Source: Escherichia coli
GTDB lineage: Bacteria; Pseudomonadota; Gammaproteobacteria; Enterobacterales; Enterobacteriaceae
DNA: 64,000 nt
Assembly (NCBI RefSeq): GCF_003018255.1
Contig: NZ_CP027440.1
Strand: one strand, 5' to 3'
In this document: in pieces, positions 29,099-44,361 of the stretch
How the letters are laid out: the number at the start of each line of letters is the position of its first letter
Numbering within the stretch: the first letter of the stretch is position 1
The notes under the pieces: model-generated
Database searches by the model: none
What the model was told of the DNA's origin: nothing
What the model saw: only the letters and a program-made list of their open reading frames with translations
Program-made: the position numbers and the translations under genes

Positions 29099-29234
29099 CG
29101 CCAGACGCCTCCTTTCTCCATAAGGGGGCGTTTTTGTTTTCATGGTTAATCACCATGTAAAACGTTTCGAGGTTGATCACATTTCCGTAACGTCACGATG
29201 GTTTTCCCAACTCAGTCAGGATTAAACTGCGGGT

Positions 29235-29252
29235 CAGCGAAACGTTTCGCTG
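29235..29252 (+). promoter_or_regulatory. Candidate RbsR operator at the rbs promoter
   Basis: Perfect 18-bp palindrome CAGCGAAACGTTTCGCTG ending 12 bp before the rbsD ATG; LacI-family operator-like. Confidence 0.75.
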
Positions 29253-29264
29253 ATGGAGAAAAAA

Positions 29265-29684
29265 ATGAAAAAAGGCACCGTTCTTAATTCTGATATTTCA
29301 TCGGTGATCTCCCGTCTGGGACATACCGATACGCTGGTGGTGTGTGATGCTGGTTTACCCATCCCCAAAAGTACAACGCGTATCGATATGGCATTAACCC
29401 AGGGTGTACCTTCTTTTATGCAGGTGCTGGGCGTCGTCACAAATGAAATGCAGGTCGAGGCAGCCATTATCGCGGAAGAGATCAAACAACATAATCCGCA
29501 ACTCCACGAAACGTTGCTCACTCACCTTGAGCAGCTGCAAAAACACCAGGGAAATACCATTGAAATTCGTTACACCACGCATGAACAATTCAAACAACAA
29601 ACCGCAGAAAGTCAGGCGGTAATTCGCAGCGGAGAATGTTCTCCGTATGCGAATATCATTCTCTGTGCTGGCGTGACGTTCTGA
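29265..29684 (+). CDS. rbsD: D-ribose pyranase RbsD
   Basis: 139 aa from [34 protein letters not shown]...; the track ORF begins 4 codons upstream. Confidence 0.93.
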   Translation: MKKGTVLNSDISSVISRLGHTDTLVVCDAGLPIPKSTTRIDMALTQGVPSFMQVLGVVTNEMQVEAAIIAEEIKQHNPQLHETLLTHLEQLQKHQGNTIEIRYTTHEQFKQQTAESQAVIRSGECSPYANIILCAGVTF

Positions 29685-29691
29685 GGCCGTC

Positions 29692-31197
29692 ATGGAAGCA
29701 TTACTTCAGCTTAAAGGCATCGATAAAGCCTTCCCGGGCGTAAAAGCCCTCTCGGGTGCAGCGTTAAATGTCTATCCTGGCCGCGTGATGGCGCTGGTGG
29801 GCGAAAACGGTGCGGGTAAATCCACCATGATGAAAGTGCTTACGGGTATCTATACTCGCGATGCCGGTACGCTTTTATGGCTGGGGAAAGAAACGACGTT
29901 TACCGGGCCGAAATCTTCCCAGGAAGCCGGGATTGGGATTATCCATCAGGAACTGAACCTGATCCCGCAGTTGACCATTGCCGAAAACATTTTCCTCGGT
30001 CGTGAGTTTGTTAATCGCTTTGGCAAAATTGACTGGAAAACCATGTATGCCGAAGCGGATAAATTGCTGGCTAAACTTAACCTGCGCTTTAAAAGCGACA
30101 AGCTGGTGGGCGATCTTTCCATCGGTGACCAGCAAATGGTTGAAATTGCCAAAGTGCTGAGCTTTGAGTCGAAAGTCATCATTATGGATGAACCGACCGA
30201 TGCGCTGACCGATACCGAAACCGAATCCTTGTTCCGCGTCATCCGCGAGCTGAAATCGCAAGGCCGCGGTATTGTCTATATTTCCCACCGCATGAAAGAA
30301 ATCTTCGAGATTTGCGATGACGTTACCGTTTTTCGTGATGGGCAATTTATTGCTGAGCGTGAAGTAGCATCACTGACCGAAGATTCGCTGATTGAGATGA
30401 TGGTGGGCCGCAAGCTGGAAGATCAATATCCGCACCTGGACAAAGCGCCAGGAGATATTCGCCTGAAAGTCGATAATCTCTGCGGACCTGGCGTTAACGA
30501 TGTCTCTTTTACTTTACGCAAAGGCGAAATTCTTGGCGTCTCTGGTTTGATGGGCGCAGGTCGTACCGAACTGATGAAAGTGCTCTACGGCGCACTGCCG
30601 CGCACCAGCGGTTACGTCACCCTGGATGGGCATGAAGTTGTTACCCGTTCACCGCAGGATGGCCTGGCAAACGGCATTGTGTATATCTCCGAAGACCGTA
30701 AACGCGACGGTTTGGTGCTGGGCATGTCAGTAAAAGAGAATATGTCGCTGACCGCGCTGCGCTACTTCAGCCGTACTGGTGGCAGTTTGAAGCATGCCGA
30801 TGAACAGCAGGCAGTAAGTGATTTCATTCGTCTGTTTAATGTGAAAACGCCGTCGATGGAACAGGCAATTGGTCTGCTTTCCGGTGGCAATCAGCAAAAA
30901 GTGGCGATTGCCCGTGGTCTGATGACACGCCCCAAAGTGTTGATCCTCGATGAGCCTACCCGTGGCGTAGATGTCGGCGCGAAAAAAGAGATCTATCAAC
31001 TGATTAACCAGTTCAAAGCCGATGGCTTGAGCATCATTCTGGTGTCATCGGAGATGCCAGAAGTATTAGGCATGAGCGATCGCATCATCGTCATGCATGA
31101 AGGGCATCTCAGCGGGGAATTTACTCGTGAGCAGGCCACCCAGGAAGTGTTAATGGCTGCCGCTGTGGGCAAGCTTAATCGCGTGAATCAGGAGTAA
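29692..31197 (+). CDS. rbsA: Ribose ABC transporter ATP-binding protein RbsA
   Basis: 501-aa ORF with duplicated ABC cassette (Walker A motifs GENGAGKST and GLMGAGRTE). Confidence 0.96.
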   Translation: MEALLQLKGIDKAFPGVKALSGAALNVYPGRVMALVGENGAGKSTMMKVLTGIYTRDAGTLLWLGKETTFTGPKSSQEAGIGIIHQELNLIPQLTIAENIFLGREFVNRFGKIDWKTMYAEADKLLAKLNLRFKSDKLVGDLSIGDQQMVEIAKVLSFESKVIIMDEPTDALTDTETESLFRVIRELKSQGRGIVYISHRMKEIFEICDDVTVFRDGQFIAEREVASLTEDSLIEMMVGRKLEDQYPHLDKAPGDIRLKVDNLCGPGVNDVSFTLRKGEILGVSGLMGAGRTELMKVLYGALPRTSGYVTLDGHEVVTRSPQDGLANGIVYISEDRKRDGLVLGMSVKENMSLTALRYFSRTGGSLKHADEQQAVSDFIRLFNVKTPSMEQAIGLLSGGNQQKVAIARGLMTRPKVLILDEPTRGVDVGAKKEIYQLINQFKADGLSIILVSSEMPEVLGMSDRIIVMHEGHLSGEFTREQATQEVLMAAAVGKLNRVNQE

Positions 31198-31201
31198 AAA
31201 A

Positions 31202-32167
31202 ATGACAACCCAGACTGTCTCTGGTCGCCGTTATTTCACGAAAGCGTGGCTGATGGAGCAGAAATCGCTTATCGCTCTGCTGGTGCTGATCGCGATTGTC
31301 TCGACGTTAAGCCCGAACTTTTTCACCATCAATAACTTATTCAATATTCTCCAGCAAACCTCGGTGAACGCCATTATGGCAGTCGGGATGACGCTGGTGA
31401 TCCTGACGTCGGGCATCGACTTGTCGGTAGGTTCTCTATTGGCGCTGACCGGCGCAGTTGCTGCATCTATCGTTGGCATTGAAGTCAATGCGCTGGTGGC
31501 TGTCGCTGCCGCTCTCGCGTTAGGTGCCGCAATTGGTGCGGTAACCGGGGTGATTGTAGCGAAAGGTCGCGTCCAGGCGTTTATCGCTACGCTGGTTATG
31601 ATGCTTTTACTGCGCGGCGTGACCATGGTTTATACCAACGGTAGCCCAGTGAATACCGGCTTTACTGAGAACGCCGATCTGTTTGGCTGGTTTGGGATCG
31701 GTCGTCCGCTGGGCGTACCGACGCCAGTCTGGATCATGGGGATTGTGTTCCTCGCGGCCTGGTACATGCTGCATCACACGCGTTTGGGGCGTTACATCTA
31801 CGCGCTGGGCGGCAACGAAGCGGCAACGCGTCTTTCTGGTATCAACGTCAATAAAATCAAAATCATCGTCTATTCTCTTTGTGGTCTGCTGGCATCGCTG
31901 GCCGGGATCATTGAAGTGGCGCGTCTCTCCTCCGCACAACCCACGGCGGGGACTGGCTATGAGCTGGATGCTATTGCTGCGGTGGTTCTGGGCGGTACGA
32001 GTCTGGCGGGCGGAAAAGGTCGCATTGTTGGGACGTTGATCGGCGCATTAATTCTTGGCTTCCTTAATAATGGATTGAATTTGTTAGGTGTTTCCTCCTA
32101 TTACCAGATGATCGTCAAAGCGGTGGTGATTTTGCTGGCGGTGCTGGTAGACAACAAAAAGCAGTAA
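31202..32167 (+). CDS. rbsC: Ribose ABC transporter permease RbsC
   Basis: 321-aa polytopic membrane protein following rbsA. Confidence 0.95.
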   Translation: MTTQTVSGRRYFTKAWLMEQKSLIALLVLIAIVSTLSPNFFTINNLFNILQQTSVNAIMAVGMTLVILTSGIDLSVGSLLALTGAVAASIVGIEVNALVAVAAALALGAAIGAVTGVIVAKGRVQAFIATLVMMLLLRGVTMVYTNGSPVNTGFTENADLFGWFGIGRPLGVPTPVWIMGIVFLAAWYMLHHTRLGRYIYALGGNEAATRLSGINVNKIKIIVYSLCGLLASLAGIIEVARLSSAQPTAGTGYELDAIAAVVLGGTSLAGGKGRIVGTLIGALILGFLNNGLNLLGVSSYYQMIVKAVVILLAVLVDNKKQ

Positions 32168-32191
32168 TAACGACTACAGGACATCTTGAAT

Positions 32192-33082
32192 ATGAACATG
32201 AAAAAACTGGCTACCCTGGTTTCCGCTGTTGCGCTAAGCGCCACCGTCAGTGCGAATGCGATGGCAAAAGACACCATCGCGCTGGTGGTCTCCACGCTTA
32301 ACAACCCGTTCTTTGTATCGCTGAAAGATGGCGCGCAGAAAGAGGCGGATAAACTTGGCTATAACCTGGTGGTGCTGGACTCCCAGAACAACCCGGCGAA
32401 AGAGCTGGCGAACGTGCAGGACTTAACCGTTCGCGGCACCAAAATTCTGCTGATTAACCCGACCGACTCCGACGCAGTGGGTAATGCTGTGAAGATGGCT
32501 AACCAGGCGAACATCCCGGTTATCACTCTTGACCGCCAGGCAACGAAAGGTGAAGTGGTGAGCCACATTGCTTCTGATAACGTACTGGGCGGCAAAATCG
32601 CCGGTGATTACATCGCGAAGAAAGCGGGTGAAGGTGCCAAAGTTATCGAGCTGCAAGGCATTGCCGGTACATCCGCAGCCCGTGAACGTGGCGAAGGCTT
32701 CCAGCAGGCTGTTGCTGCTCACAAGTTTAATGTTCTTGCCAGCCAGCCAGCAGATTTTGATCGCACTAAAGGTTTGAACGTAATGCAGAACCTGTTGACC
32801 GCACATCCGGATGTTCAGGCTGTATTCGCGCAGAATGATGAAATGGCGCTGGGCGCGCTGCGCGCACTGCAAACTGCCGGTAAATCGGATGTGATGGTCG
32901 TCGGATTTGACGGTACACCGGATGGCGAAAAAGCGGTGAATGATGGCAAACTAGCAGCGACTATCGCTCAGCTACCCGATCAGATTGGCGCGAAAGGCGT
33001 CGAAACCGCAGATAAAGTACTGAAAGGCGAGAAAGTTCAGGCTAAGTATCCGGTTGATCTGAAACTGGTTGTTAAGCAGTAG
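32192..33082 (+). CDS. rbsB: Periplasmic ribose-binding protein RbsB
   Basis: 296 aa from [25 protein letters not shown] (signal peptide); the track ORF begins two codons upstream at a TTG. Confidence 0.95.
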   Translation: MNMKKLATLVSAVALSATVSANAMAKDTIALVVSTLNNPFFVSLKDGAQKEADKLGYNLVVLDSQNNPAKELANVQDLTVRGTKILLINPTDSDAVGNAVKMANQANIPVITLDRQATKGEVVSHIASDNVLGGKIAGDYIAKKAGEGAKVIELQGIAGTSAARERGEGFQQAVAAHKFNVLASQPADFDRTKGLNVMQNLLTAHPDVQAVFAQNDEMALGALRALQTAGKSDVMVVGFDGTPDGEKAVNDGKLAATIAQLPDQIGAKGVETADKVLKGEKVQAKYPVDLKLVVKQ

Positions 33083-33207
33083 TTTTAATCAGGTTGTATG
33101 ACCTGATGGTGACATAAATACGGCATCGACAGATGAACGTGTAATATAAAGAAAAGCAGGGCACGCGCCACCCTAACACGGTGGCGCATTTTATGGACAT
33201 CCCGAAT

Positions 33208-34137
33208 ATGCAAAACGCAGGCAGCCTCGTTGTTCTTGGCAGCATTAATGCTGACCACATTCTTAATCTTCAATCTTTTCCTACCCCAGGCGAAACCGTA
33301 ACCGGTAACCACTATCAGGTTGCATTTGGCGGCAAAGGCGCGAATCAGGCTGTGGCTGCTGGGCGTAGCGGTGCGAATATCGCGTTTATTGCCTGTACTG
33401 GCGATGACAGCATTGGCGAGAGCGTTCGCCAGCAGCTCGCCACTGATAACATCGATATTTCTCCGGTCAGCGTGATCAAAGGCGAATCAACAGGTGTGGC
33501 GCTGATTTTTGTTAATGGCGAAGGTGAGAATGTCATTGGTATTCATGCCGGCGCTAATGCTGCCCTTTCCCCGGCGCTGGTGGAAGCGCAACGTGAGCGT
33601 ATTGCCAACGCGTCAGCATTATTAATGCAGCTGGAATCACCACTCGAAAGTGTGATGGCAGCGGCGAAAATCGCCCATCAAAATAAGACTATCGTTGCGC
33701 TTAACCCGGCTCCGGCTCGCGAACTTCCTGACGAACTGCTGGCGCTGGTGGACATTATTACGCCAAACGAAACGGAAGCAGAAAAGCTCACCGGTATTCG
33801 TGTTGAAAATGATGAAGATGCAGCGAAGGCGGCGCAGGTACTGCATGAAAAAGGTATCCGTACTGTACTGATTACTTTAGGAAGTCGTGGTGTATGGGCT
33901 AGCGTGAATGGTGAAGGTCAGCGCGTTCCTGGATTCCGGGTGCAGGCTGTCGATACCATTGCTGCCGGAGATACCTTTAACGGCGCGTTAATCACGGCGT
34001 TGCTGGAAGAAAAACCATTGCCAGAGGCGATTCGGTTTGCCCATGCTGCCGCTGCGATTGCCGTAACACGTAAAGGCGCACAACCTTCCGTACCGTGGCG
34101 TGAAGAGATCGACGCATTTTTAGACAGGCAGAGGTGA
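33208..34137 (+). CDS. rbsK: Ribokinase RbsK
   Basis: 309 aa from MQNAGSLVVLGSINADHI...; PfkB-family motifs; the track ORF begins upstream at a GTG. Confidence 0.94.
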   Translation: MQNAGSLVVLGSINADHILNLQSFPTPGETVTGNHYQVAFGGKGANQAVAAGRSGANIAFIACTGDDSIGESVRQQLATDNIDISPVSVIKGESTGVALIFVNGEGENVIGIHAGANAALSPALVEAQRERIANASALLMQLESPLESVMAAAKIAHQNKTIVALNPAPARELPDELLALVDIITPNETEAEKLTGIRVENDEDAAKAAQVLHEKGIRTVLITLGSRGVWASVNGEGQRVPGFRVQAVDTIAAGDTFNGALITALLEEKPLPEAIRFAHAAAAIAVTRKGAQPSVPWREEIDAFLDRQR

Positions 34138-34140
34138 CGC

Positions 34141-35133
34141 TTGGCTACAATGAAAGATGTTGCCCGCCTGGCGGGCGTTTCTACCTCAACAGTTTCTCAC
34201 GTTATCAATAAAGATCGCTTCGTCAGTGAAGCGATTACCGCCAAAGTTGAAGCGGCGATTAAAGAACTCAATTACGCGCCATCAGCCCTGGCGCGTAGCC
34301 TCAAACTCAATCAAACACATACCATTGGCATGTTGATCACTGCCAGTACCAATCCTTTCTATTCAGAACTGGTGCGTGGCGTTGAACGCAGCTGCTTCGA
34401 ACGCGGTTATAGTCTCGTCCTTTGCAATACCGAAGGCGATGAACAGCGGATGAATCGCAATCTGGAAACGCTGATGCAAAAACGCGTTGATGGCTTGCTG
34501 TTACTGTGCACCGAAACGCATCAACCTTCGCGTGAAATCATGCAACGTTATCCGACAGTGCCTACTGTGATGATGGACTGGGCTCCGTTCGATGGCGACA
34601 GCGATCTTATTCAGGATAACTCGTTGCTGGGCGGAGACTTAGCAACGCAATATCTGATCGATAAAGGTCATACCCGTATCGCCTGTATTACCGGTCCGCT
34701 GGATAAAACTCCGGCGCGCCTGCGGTTGGAAGGTTATCGGGCGGCGATGAAACGTGCGGGTCTCAACATTCCTGATGGCTATGAAGTCACTGGTGATTTT
34801 GAATTTAACGGCGGGTTTGACGCCATGCGCCAACTGTTATCACATCCGCTGCGTCCTCAGGCCGTCTTTACCGGAAATGACGCTATGGCTGTTGGCGTTT
34901 ACCAGGCGCTGTATCAGGCAGAGTTACAGGTTCCGCAGGATATCGCGGTGATTGGCTATGACGATATCGAACTGGCAAGCTTTATGACGCCACCATTAAC
35001 CACTATCCACCAACCGAAAGATGAACTGGGGGAACTGGCGATTGATGTACTCATCCATCGGATAACCCAGCCGACCCTTCAGCAACAACGATTACAACTT
35101 ACTCCGATTCTGATGGAACGCGGTTCGGCTTAG
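34141..35133 (+). CDS. rbsR: LacI-family ribose operon repressor RbsR
   Basis: 330-aa ORF ([24 protein letters not shown]...), N-terminal HTH; apparent TTG start; 3' end overlaps convergent hsrA. Confidence 0.93.
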
Positions 35134-36526
35134 ATTTACGCTGTCTTTTGATCAAATTATTACCATCAGTTGTTTTCAGAAGCATGAACATTGCTGCTGA
35201 AGCAACAGTAATAATGCCCATCGTGATAAACGTATAGTGGAATTGTTCGACTGTCGTTGTGCCTTCCATCCCTTCATAAACGCGAAGGACGGCCGCACTT
35301 ACAGCAACGCCTAAACTGATAGACAGTTGCTGCGTGACCGCCAGAACACTGTTACCGCTGCTGGCGTTGTCATCGGTCAGATCGGCAAGTGTGATGGTAT
35401 TCATCGCGGTAAATTGCGTCGACATAGCCATCCCTAATATAAACAACGGCAAGATCAGCATCCATATCGCCATTGCCGGTGATTGCAAAGAGAACTGAGC
35501 GATCATTAGCCCAATAATCACCGTGATCCCAACTAACGTATGGCGATAGCCCAGACGACGTAAGACTTGGGTAACCATCGATTTTGCAATAATGGAACCT
35601 AACGCTGTCGGTGCCATCATACAGCCGGCAATAAACGCCTGATAACCAAATCCTACCTGTAACATCAATGGCATAAGGAACGGTACACAACCGGTCCCCA
35701 GACGGGTTGCAATATTGCCTACGATACCGATCGAGAAAGTGCGGGTTTTAAATAAATCTAATGAAATTAATGGGTTTGGCGTGCGTCGTGCATGGAGAAT
35801 ATAGAGAAGCAGTAACCCGATGCTGGTGACAATTACCGTCAAGGCAATCCAACTGGCGACAATCTTTTCCCCGAATAGCTCTATTCCGCTTGAGAAGAGA
35901 ACAAGGCTAAGGCCAAACAGCAAAAAGCCAGTGATATCGAATCTGCGTCGTGCGGTGGTGAAATTGGGCATATGTTTGCGCGCGTAAAGAAGGCCCGCAA
36001 TACCTATGGGGATATTGATTAAAAATATCCAGTGCCAGGTTGCCCAGGTGACCAGCACGCCGCCAAGAACAGGGCCTAAAATTGGCCCCACCAGACCCGG
36101 CATGGCGACAAAATTCAATACAGGAAGAAGCTCATTACGAGGATAAGCGCGCAGTAAGGCCAGCCGAGCAACAGGCATCATCATTGCGCCGCCTATCCCC
36201 TGAATAACCCGGAAGACAACCAGCTGTGGTAGCGAGTTAGAAAGTGCGCAGGCCAGAGAACCCAACGTGAACAGACTCACGGCAAGAGTAAATATGCGAC
36301 GCGTACCGAAGCGATCGGCTAGCCATCCGCTTACCGGAATAAGCATCGCCACCGTCAGCGTATAACTGATGATGGCTGATTGCATCGCGAGAGGAGAACG
36401 ATTAAGGCTATGAGCGATTGCGGGTAAGGCGGTATTCAGAATAGTGGCATCAAGTGCCTGCATGAAGAAGGCCATCGCCGCGATCCACGGCAAACCCGCC
36501 ATACTGCGCTTCTTTTTATCGCTCAT
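35099..36526 (-). CDS. hsrA: MFS transporter HsrA (YieO)
   Basis: 475-aa, roughly 14-TM drug/H+ antiporter-like ORF at the expected K-12 position. Confidence 0.88.
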
Positions 36527-36548
36527 TCAATGTCCTGTTATCGGGGTG

Positions 36549-37241
36549 TCACTTATCAGGTGAGCGTAGCAGCGCCTGACAAGCTTTAAATGCCGCGTCG
36601 CCATCGCTTTGGATAATCGCGTCAACAATCGCCTGGTGCAGATCCAGCTTTATCACTGTGTCGCTGGTAATTGACGTGAAGTAAGTGTGATAAACCGAAT
36701 GGAAGAGCGAGGCGAATGAGGTCAAAAACGGATTGGCGCTCATTTCATAGATATGCTCATGCCAGGCCATATCGACCTCAATCCAGCGTTCACGGCGAAA
36801 GTTCTCTTTTAATGCCACCATTTCGGTCATTAACGTATTGAGATGCGCCTTCTGTTCCGCGGTGCCAACCATTGCTGCCAGTAGGCAAGCTTGCGGCTCC
36901 AGACAGATACGCATAACCAGAAAGTGATCGATGACCTGATGAAAGTTCTCTTCTGTCATCCACCAGGTAAGCAATTCCTGATCAAGAAAATTCCAGTTTG
37001 ATTGTGGCATGACCCGGGTACCAATTCGCGGTCGCGGTAAAACCATCCCTTTTGCCGTTAACGTTTTGACCGCTTCGCGTACCGCTGTACGACTCACTCC
37101 AAATTGCTCGCCCAGCTCAATCTCACCAGGCAAAATGGTGCCGGGTTCATATTCACCTTTTAAGATGCGTTGCGCCAGCTTCTCAGCCAGAACATACGAA
37201 AGGTTTTTCTGTGCAGCTAACTGTTGTGCGCTTAAAGGCAT
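36549..37241 (-). CDS. yieP: GntR/FadR-family transcriptional regulator YieP
   Basis: 230-aa ORF with N-terminal GntR-type HTH (GEQFGVSRTAVREAV). Confidence 0.88.
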   Translation of the reverse strand: MPLSAQQLAAQKNLSYVLAEKLAQRILKGEYEPGTILPGEIELGEQFGVSRTAVREAVKTLTAKGMVLPRPRIGTRVMPQSNWNFLDQELLTWWMTEENFHQVIDHFLVMRICLEPQACLLAAMVGTAEQKAHLNTLMTEMVALKENFRRERWIEVDMAWHEHIYEMSANPFLTSFASLFHSVYHTYFTSITSDTVIKLDLHQAIVDAIIQSDGDAAFKACQALLRSPDK

Positions 37242-37393
37242 TACTAATCTTCCTTTTTCTTTTTATTCCTCCTTAGTATGCCACCAGGAAGTGTGATTAC
37301 GGTTGCAAAAACGGCAAATTGCTTGTTTTATGGCACATTAACGGGGTTTTTGCTGAAAAAATGCGCGGTCAGAAAATTATTTTAAATTTCCTC

Positions 37394-37421
37394 TTGTCAG
37401 GCCGGAATAACTCCCTATAAT
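37394..37421 (+). promoter_or_regulatory. rrn P1 promoter
   Basis: TTGTCA (37394-37399), 16-bp spacer, TATAAT (37416-37421), followed by a GC-rich discriminator (GCGCC); A/T-rich UP-element-like DNA upstream. Confidence 0.8.
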
Positions 37422-37512
37422 GCGCCACCACTGACACGGAACAACGGCAAACACGCCGCCGGGTTAGCGGGGTTCTCCTGAGAATTCCGGCAGAGAAAGC
37501 AAAAACAAATGC

Positions 37513-37540
37513 TTGACTCTGTAGCGGGAAAGCGTATTAT
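37513..37540 (+). promoter_or_regulatory. rrn P2 promoter
   Basis: TTGACT (37513-37518), 16-bp spacer, TATTAT (37535-37540), about 120 bp downstream of P1. Confidence 0.75.
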
Positions 37541-37722
37541 GCACACCCCGCGCCGCTGAGAAAAAAGCGAAGCGGCACTGCTCTTTAACAATTTATCAGA
37601 CAATCTGTGTGGGCACTCGAAGATACGGATTCTTAACGTCGCAAGACGAAAAATGAATACCAAGTCTCAAGAGTGAACACGTAATTCATTACGAAGTTTA
37701 ATTCTTTGAGCATCAAACTTTT

Positions 37723-39264
<1,542 letters not shown>

Positions 39265-39349
39265 CCTTAAAGAAGCGTACTTTGCAGTGCTCACACAGAT
39301 TGTCTGATAGAAAGTGAAAAGCAAGGCGTCTTGCGAAGCAGACTGATAC

Positions 39350-39425
39350 GTCCCCTTCGTCTAGAGGCCCAGGACACCGCCCTTTCACGGCGGTAACAGG
39401 GGTTCGAATCCCCTAGGGGACGCCA
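39350..39425 (+). tRNA. gltU: tRNA-Glu (UUC), 16S-23S spacer tRNA
   Basis: GTCCCCTTCGTCTAGAGGCCCAGGACACCGCCCTTTCACGGCGGTAACAGGGGTTCGAATCCCCTAGGGGACGCCA, 76 nt. Confidence 0.95.
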
Positions 39426-39609
39426 CTTGCTGGTTTGTGAGTGAAAGTCACCTGCCTTAATATCTCAAAACTCATCTTCGGGTGATGTTTGAGATATTTG
39501 CTCTTTAAAAATCTGGATCAAGCTGAAAATTGAAACACTGAACAACGAAAGTTGTTCGTGAGTCTCTCAAATTTTCGCAACTCTGAAGTGAAACATCTTC
39601 GGGTTGTGA

Positions 39610-42515
<2,906 letters not shown>

Positions 42516-42612
42516 ACAACGCCGAAGATGTTTTGGCGGATGAGAGAAGATTTTCAGCCTGATACAGATTAAATCGACATGTCATAACGAGACGTGTTGA
42601 TAAAACAGAATT

Positions 42613-42732
42613 TGCCTGGCGGCCTTAGCGCGGTGGTCCCACCTGACCCCATGCCGAACTCAGAAGTGAAACGCCGTAGCGCCGATGGTAGTGTGGGGTC
42701 TCCCCATGCGAGAGTAGGGAACTGCCAGGCAT
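42613..42732 (+). rRNA. rrfC: 5S ribosomal RNA
   Basis: TGCCTGGCGGCC...GGGAACTGCCAGGCAT, 120 nt. Confidence 0.96.
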
Positions 42733-42784
42733 CAAATTAAGCAGTAAGCCGGTCATAAAACCGGTGGTTGTAAAAGAATTCGGT

Positions 42785-42861
42785 GGAGCGGTAGTTCAGT
42801 CGGTTAGAATACCTGCCTGTCACGCAGGGGGTCGCGGGTTCGAGTCCCGTCCGTTCCGCCA
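42785..42861 (+). tRNA. aspT: tRNA-Asp (GUC)
   Basis: GGAGCGGTAGTTCAGTCGGTTAGAATACCTGCCTGTCACGCAGGGGGTCGCGGGTTCGAGTCCCGTCCGTTCCGCCA, 77 nt. Confidence 0.95.
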
Positions 42862-42869
42862 CCCTAATT

Positions 42870-42945
42870 AGGGGCGTAGTTCAATTGGTAGAGCACCGGT
42901 CTCCAAAACCGGGTGTTGGGAGTTCGAGTCTCTCCGCCCCTGCCA
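42870..42945 (+). tRNA. trpT: tRNA-Trp (CCA)
   Basis: AGGGGCGTAGTTCAATTGGTAGAGCACCGGTCTCCAAAACCGGGTGTTGGGAGTTCGAGTCTCTCCGCCCCTGCCA, 76 nt. Confidence 0.95.
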
Positions 42946-42951
42946 GAAATC

Positions 42952-42981
42952 ATCCTTAGCGAAAGCTAAGGATTTTTTTTA
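42952..42981 (+). terminator. rrn operon rho-independent terminator
   Basis: Hairpin ATCCTTAGC-GAAA-GCTAAGGAT followed by TTTTTTTT. Confidence 0.8.
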
Positions 42982-43039
42982 TCTGAAATAACCTCTCCGA
43001 AGTAAATCCTTCTACCGGCATCCTTGCCAGCCATTCAGA

Positions 43040-43879
43040 TTAATACACTTCATCCAGCACGTTAATTTTCAATAGATCGCGAATCAACGCATTTTTATCG
43101 CTATTTTGCAGCCATATGGCATAAAGCGGCCGTGAAAGTGTTGTGCTATCGACAACGGTATGCAGGCCGCCCTTTTTACGCGCCCAACTGACGGGTAGCC
43201 AGGTGCAACCATTAAGCGTCGCAATCTGTTGCTGTGCCAGTTCAGCAGAACTGGTTGTCAGAATGGGAACTTCGTCAGCACCGATCAAACCTGCCTCATG
43301 CTGTTGAAAATCTGGCCCCCATTCCAGTCGCAGATAGTTAAGATCTCCCTTTAGTTTAGAAGGGGCACTGGTATAAAGCGCTAAAGTGAAATACCCGAGC
43401 AACTGACTGCTAAATTCGTCCATTTTGGGCGCTTCAGTAGTAATAAGAAGATCAAGCTGGCGTTCATGCAGCTGTTTTACCAGAGACTGCCGTTGGGCAA
43501 TTCGCGCTTCGAACTGTAAGCCTGTATGGACATCCTGATTTTGATACAAGCGTCCCAGCCACTGATTAAGCATACATTCCCACAACGAGGCGCTGGCACC
43601 GATAGAAAACTCGTTATGTCGTGAGGTATGCGCCACCTCCTTACGGGCGGCCTGCCAGGTGCTCATGAGCGTTTCTGCATAAGGCAGTAGTTTTTCACCA
43701 GCAGCGGTTAAACGGATATTGTTTCTGTGGCGGGTGAAAAGGTTCACACCCAGTTGATTTTCCAGTTGTCTGATTCGAAAGCTCACGGCTGATTGGGTCA
43801 GATAGAGCGATTCAGCTGCTCGACCAAAGTGACGCGTTCGGCTAACTTCCAGGAAAGTTTTTAACAATTCCGTATCCAC
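43040..43879 (-). CDS. hdfR: LysR-family transcriptional regulator HdfR
   Basis: 279-aa ORF with N-terminal LysR HTH ([40 protein letters not shown]). Confidence 0.92.
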   Translation of the reverse strand: MDTELLKTFLEVSRTRHFGRAAESLYLTQSAVSFRIRQLENQLGVNLFTRHRNNIRLTAAGEKLLPYAETLMSTWQAARKEVAHTSRHNEFSIGASASLWECMLNQWLGRLYQNQDVHTGLQFEARIAQRQSLVKQLHERQLDLLITTEAPKMDEFSSQLLGYFTLALYTSAPSKLKGDLNYLRLEWGPDFQQHEAGLIGADEVPILTTSSAELAQQQIATLNGCTWLPVSWARKKGGLHTVVDSTTLSRPLYAIWLQNSDKNALIRDLLKINVLDEVY

Positions 43880-43997
43880 AGTGCTCTCCGCAAAATTATT
43901 TGTCGTTATGATTTAAATGTTTTGTTTTACACTCTGTCAAGCGTAACTAATACTCCGCGCCATAACTAGCTCGGTCAAAGAATTAGGAGCGTGCAGG

Positions 43998-44336
43998 ATG
44001 GCGGAAAGCTTTACGACGACTAATCGATATTTCGACAATAAACATTATCCACGTGGATTCTCTCGTCATGGTGACTTCACCATCAAAGAGGCACAACTGC
44101 TTGAGCGTCATGGTTATGCCTTCAATGAGTTGGATCTTGGCAAACGCGAGCCGGTTACCGAGGAAGAGAAACTCTTCGTAGCAGTATGCCGTGGCGAACG
44201 TGAGCCAGTGACAGAAGCAGAACGCGTGTGGTCCAAGTATATGACGCGTATCAAGCGTCCAAAACGTTTTCACACCCTTTCCGGCGGTAAACCGCAGGTT
44301 GAAGGTGCTGAAGACTACACCGATTCTGACGATTAA
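43998..44336 (+). CDS. maoP: Macrodomain Ori organisation protein MaoP (YifE)
   Basis: 112-aa ORF ([42 protein letters not shown]...), divergent from hdfR. Confidence 0.9.
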   Translation: MAESFTTTNRYFDNKHYPRGFSRHGDFTIKEAQLLERHGYAFNELDLGKREPVTEEEKLFVAVCRGEREPVTEAERVWSKYMTRIKRPKRFHTLSGGKPQVEGAEDYTDSDD

Positions 44337-44361
44337 TAAAAAGGGCGAAATGCCCTTTTTT
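44337..44361. terminator. Bidirectional terminator between maoP and comM
   Basis: AAAAAGGGCGAAATGCCCTTTTTTTT hairpin between convergent stop codons. Confidence 0.7.

Noticed and set aside
29136-29234. Possible CRP site in the rbs promoter (around TTGATCACATTTCCGTAACGTCACG)
   Set aside because: The match to TGTGA-N6-TCACA is imperfect and I cannot score it without a matrix; left unannotated.
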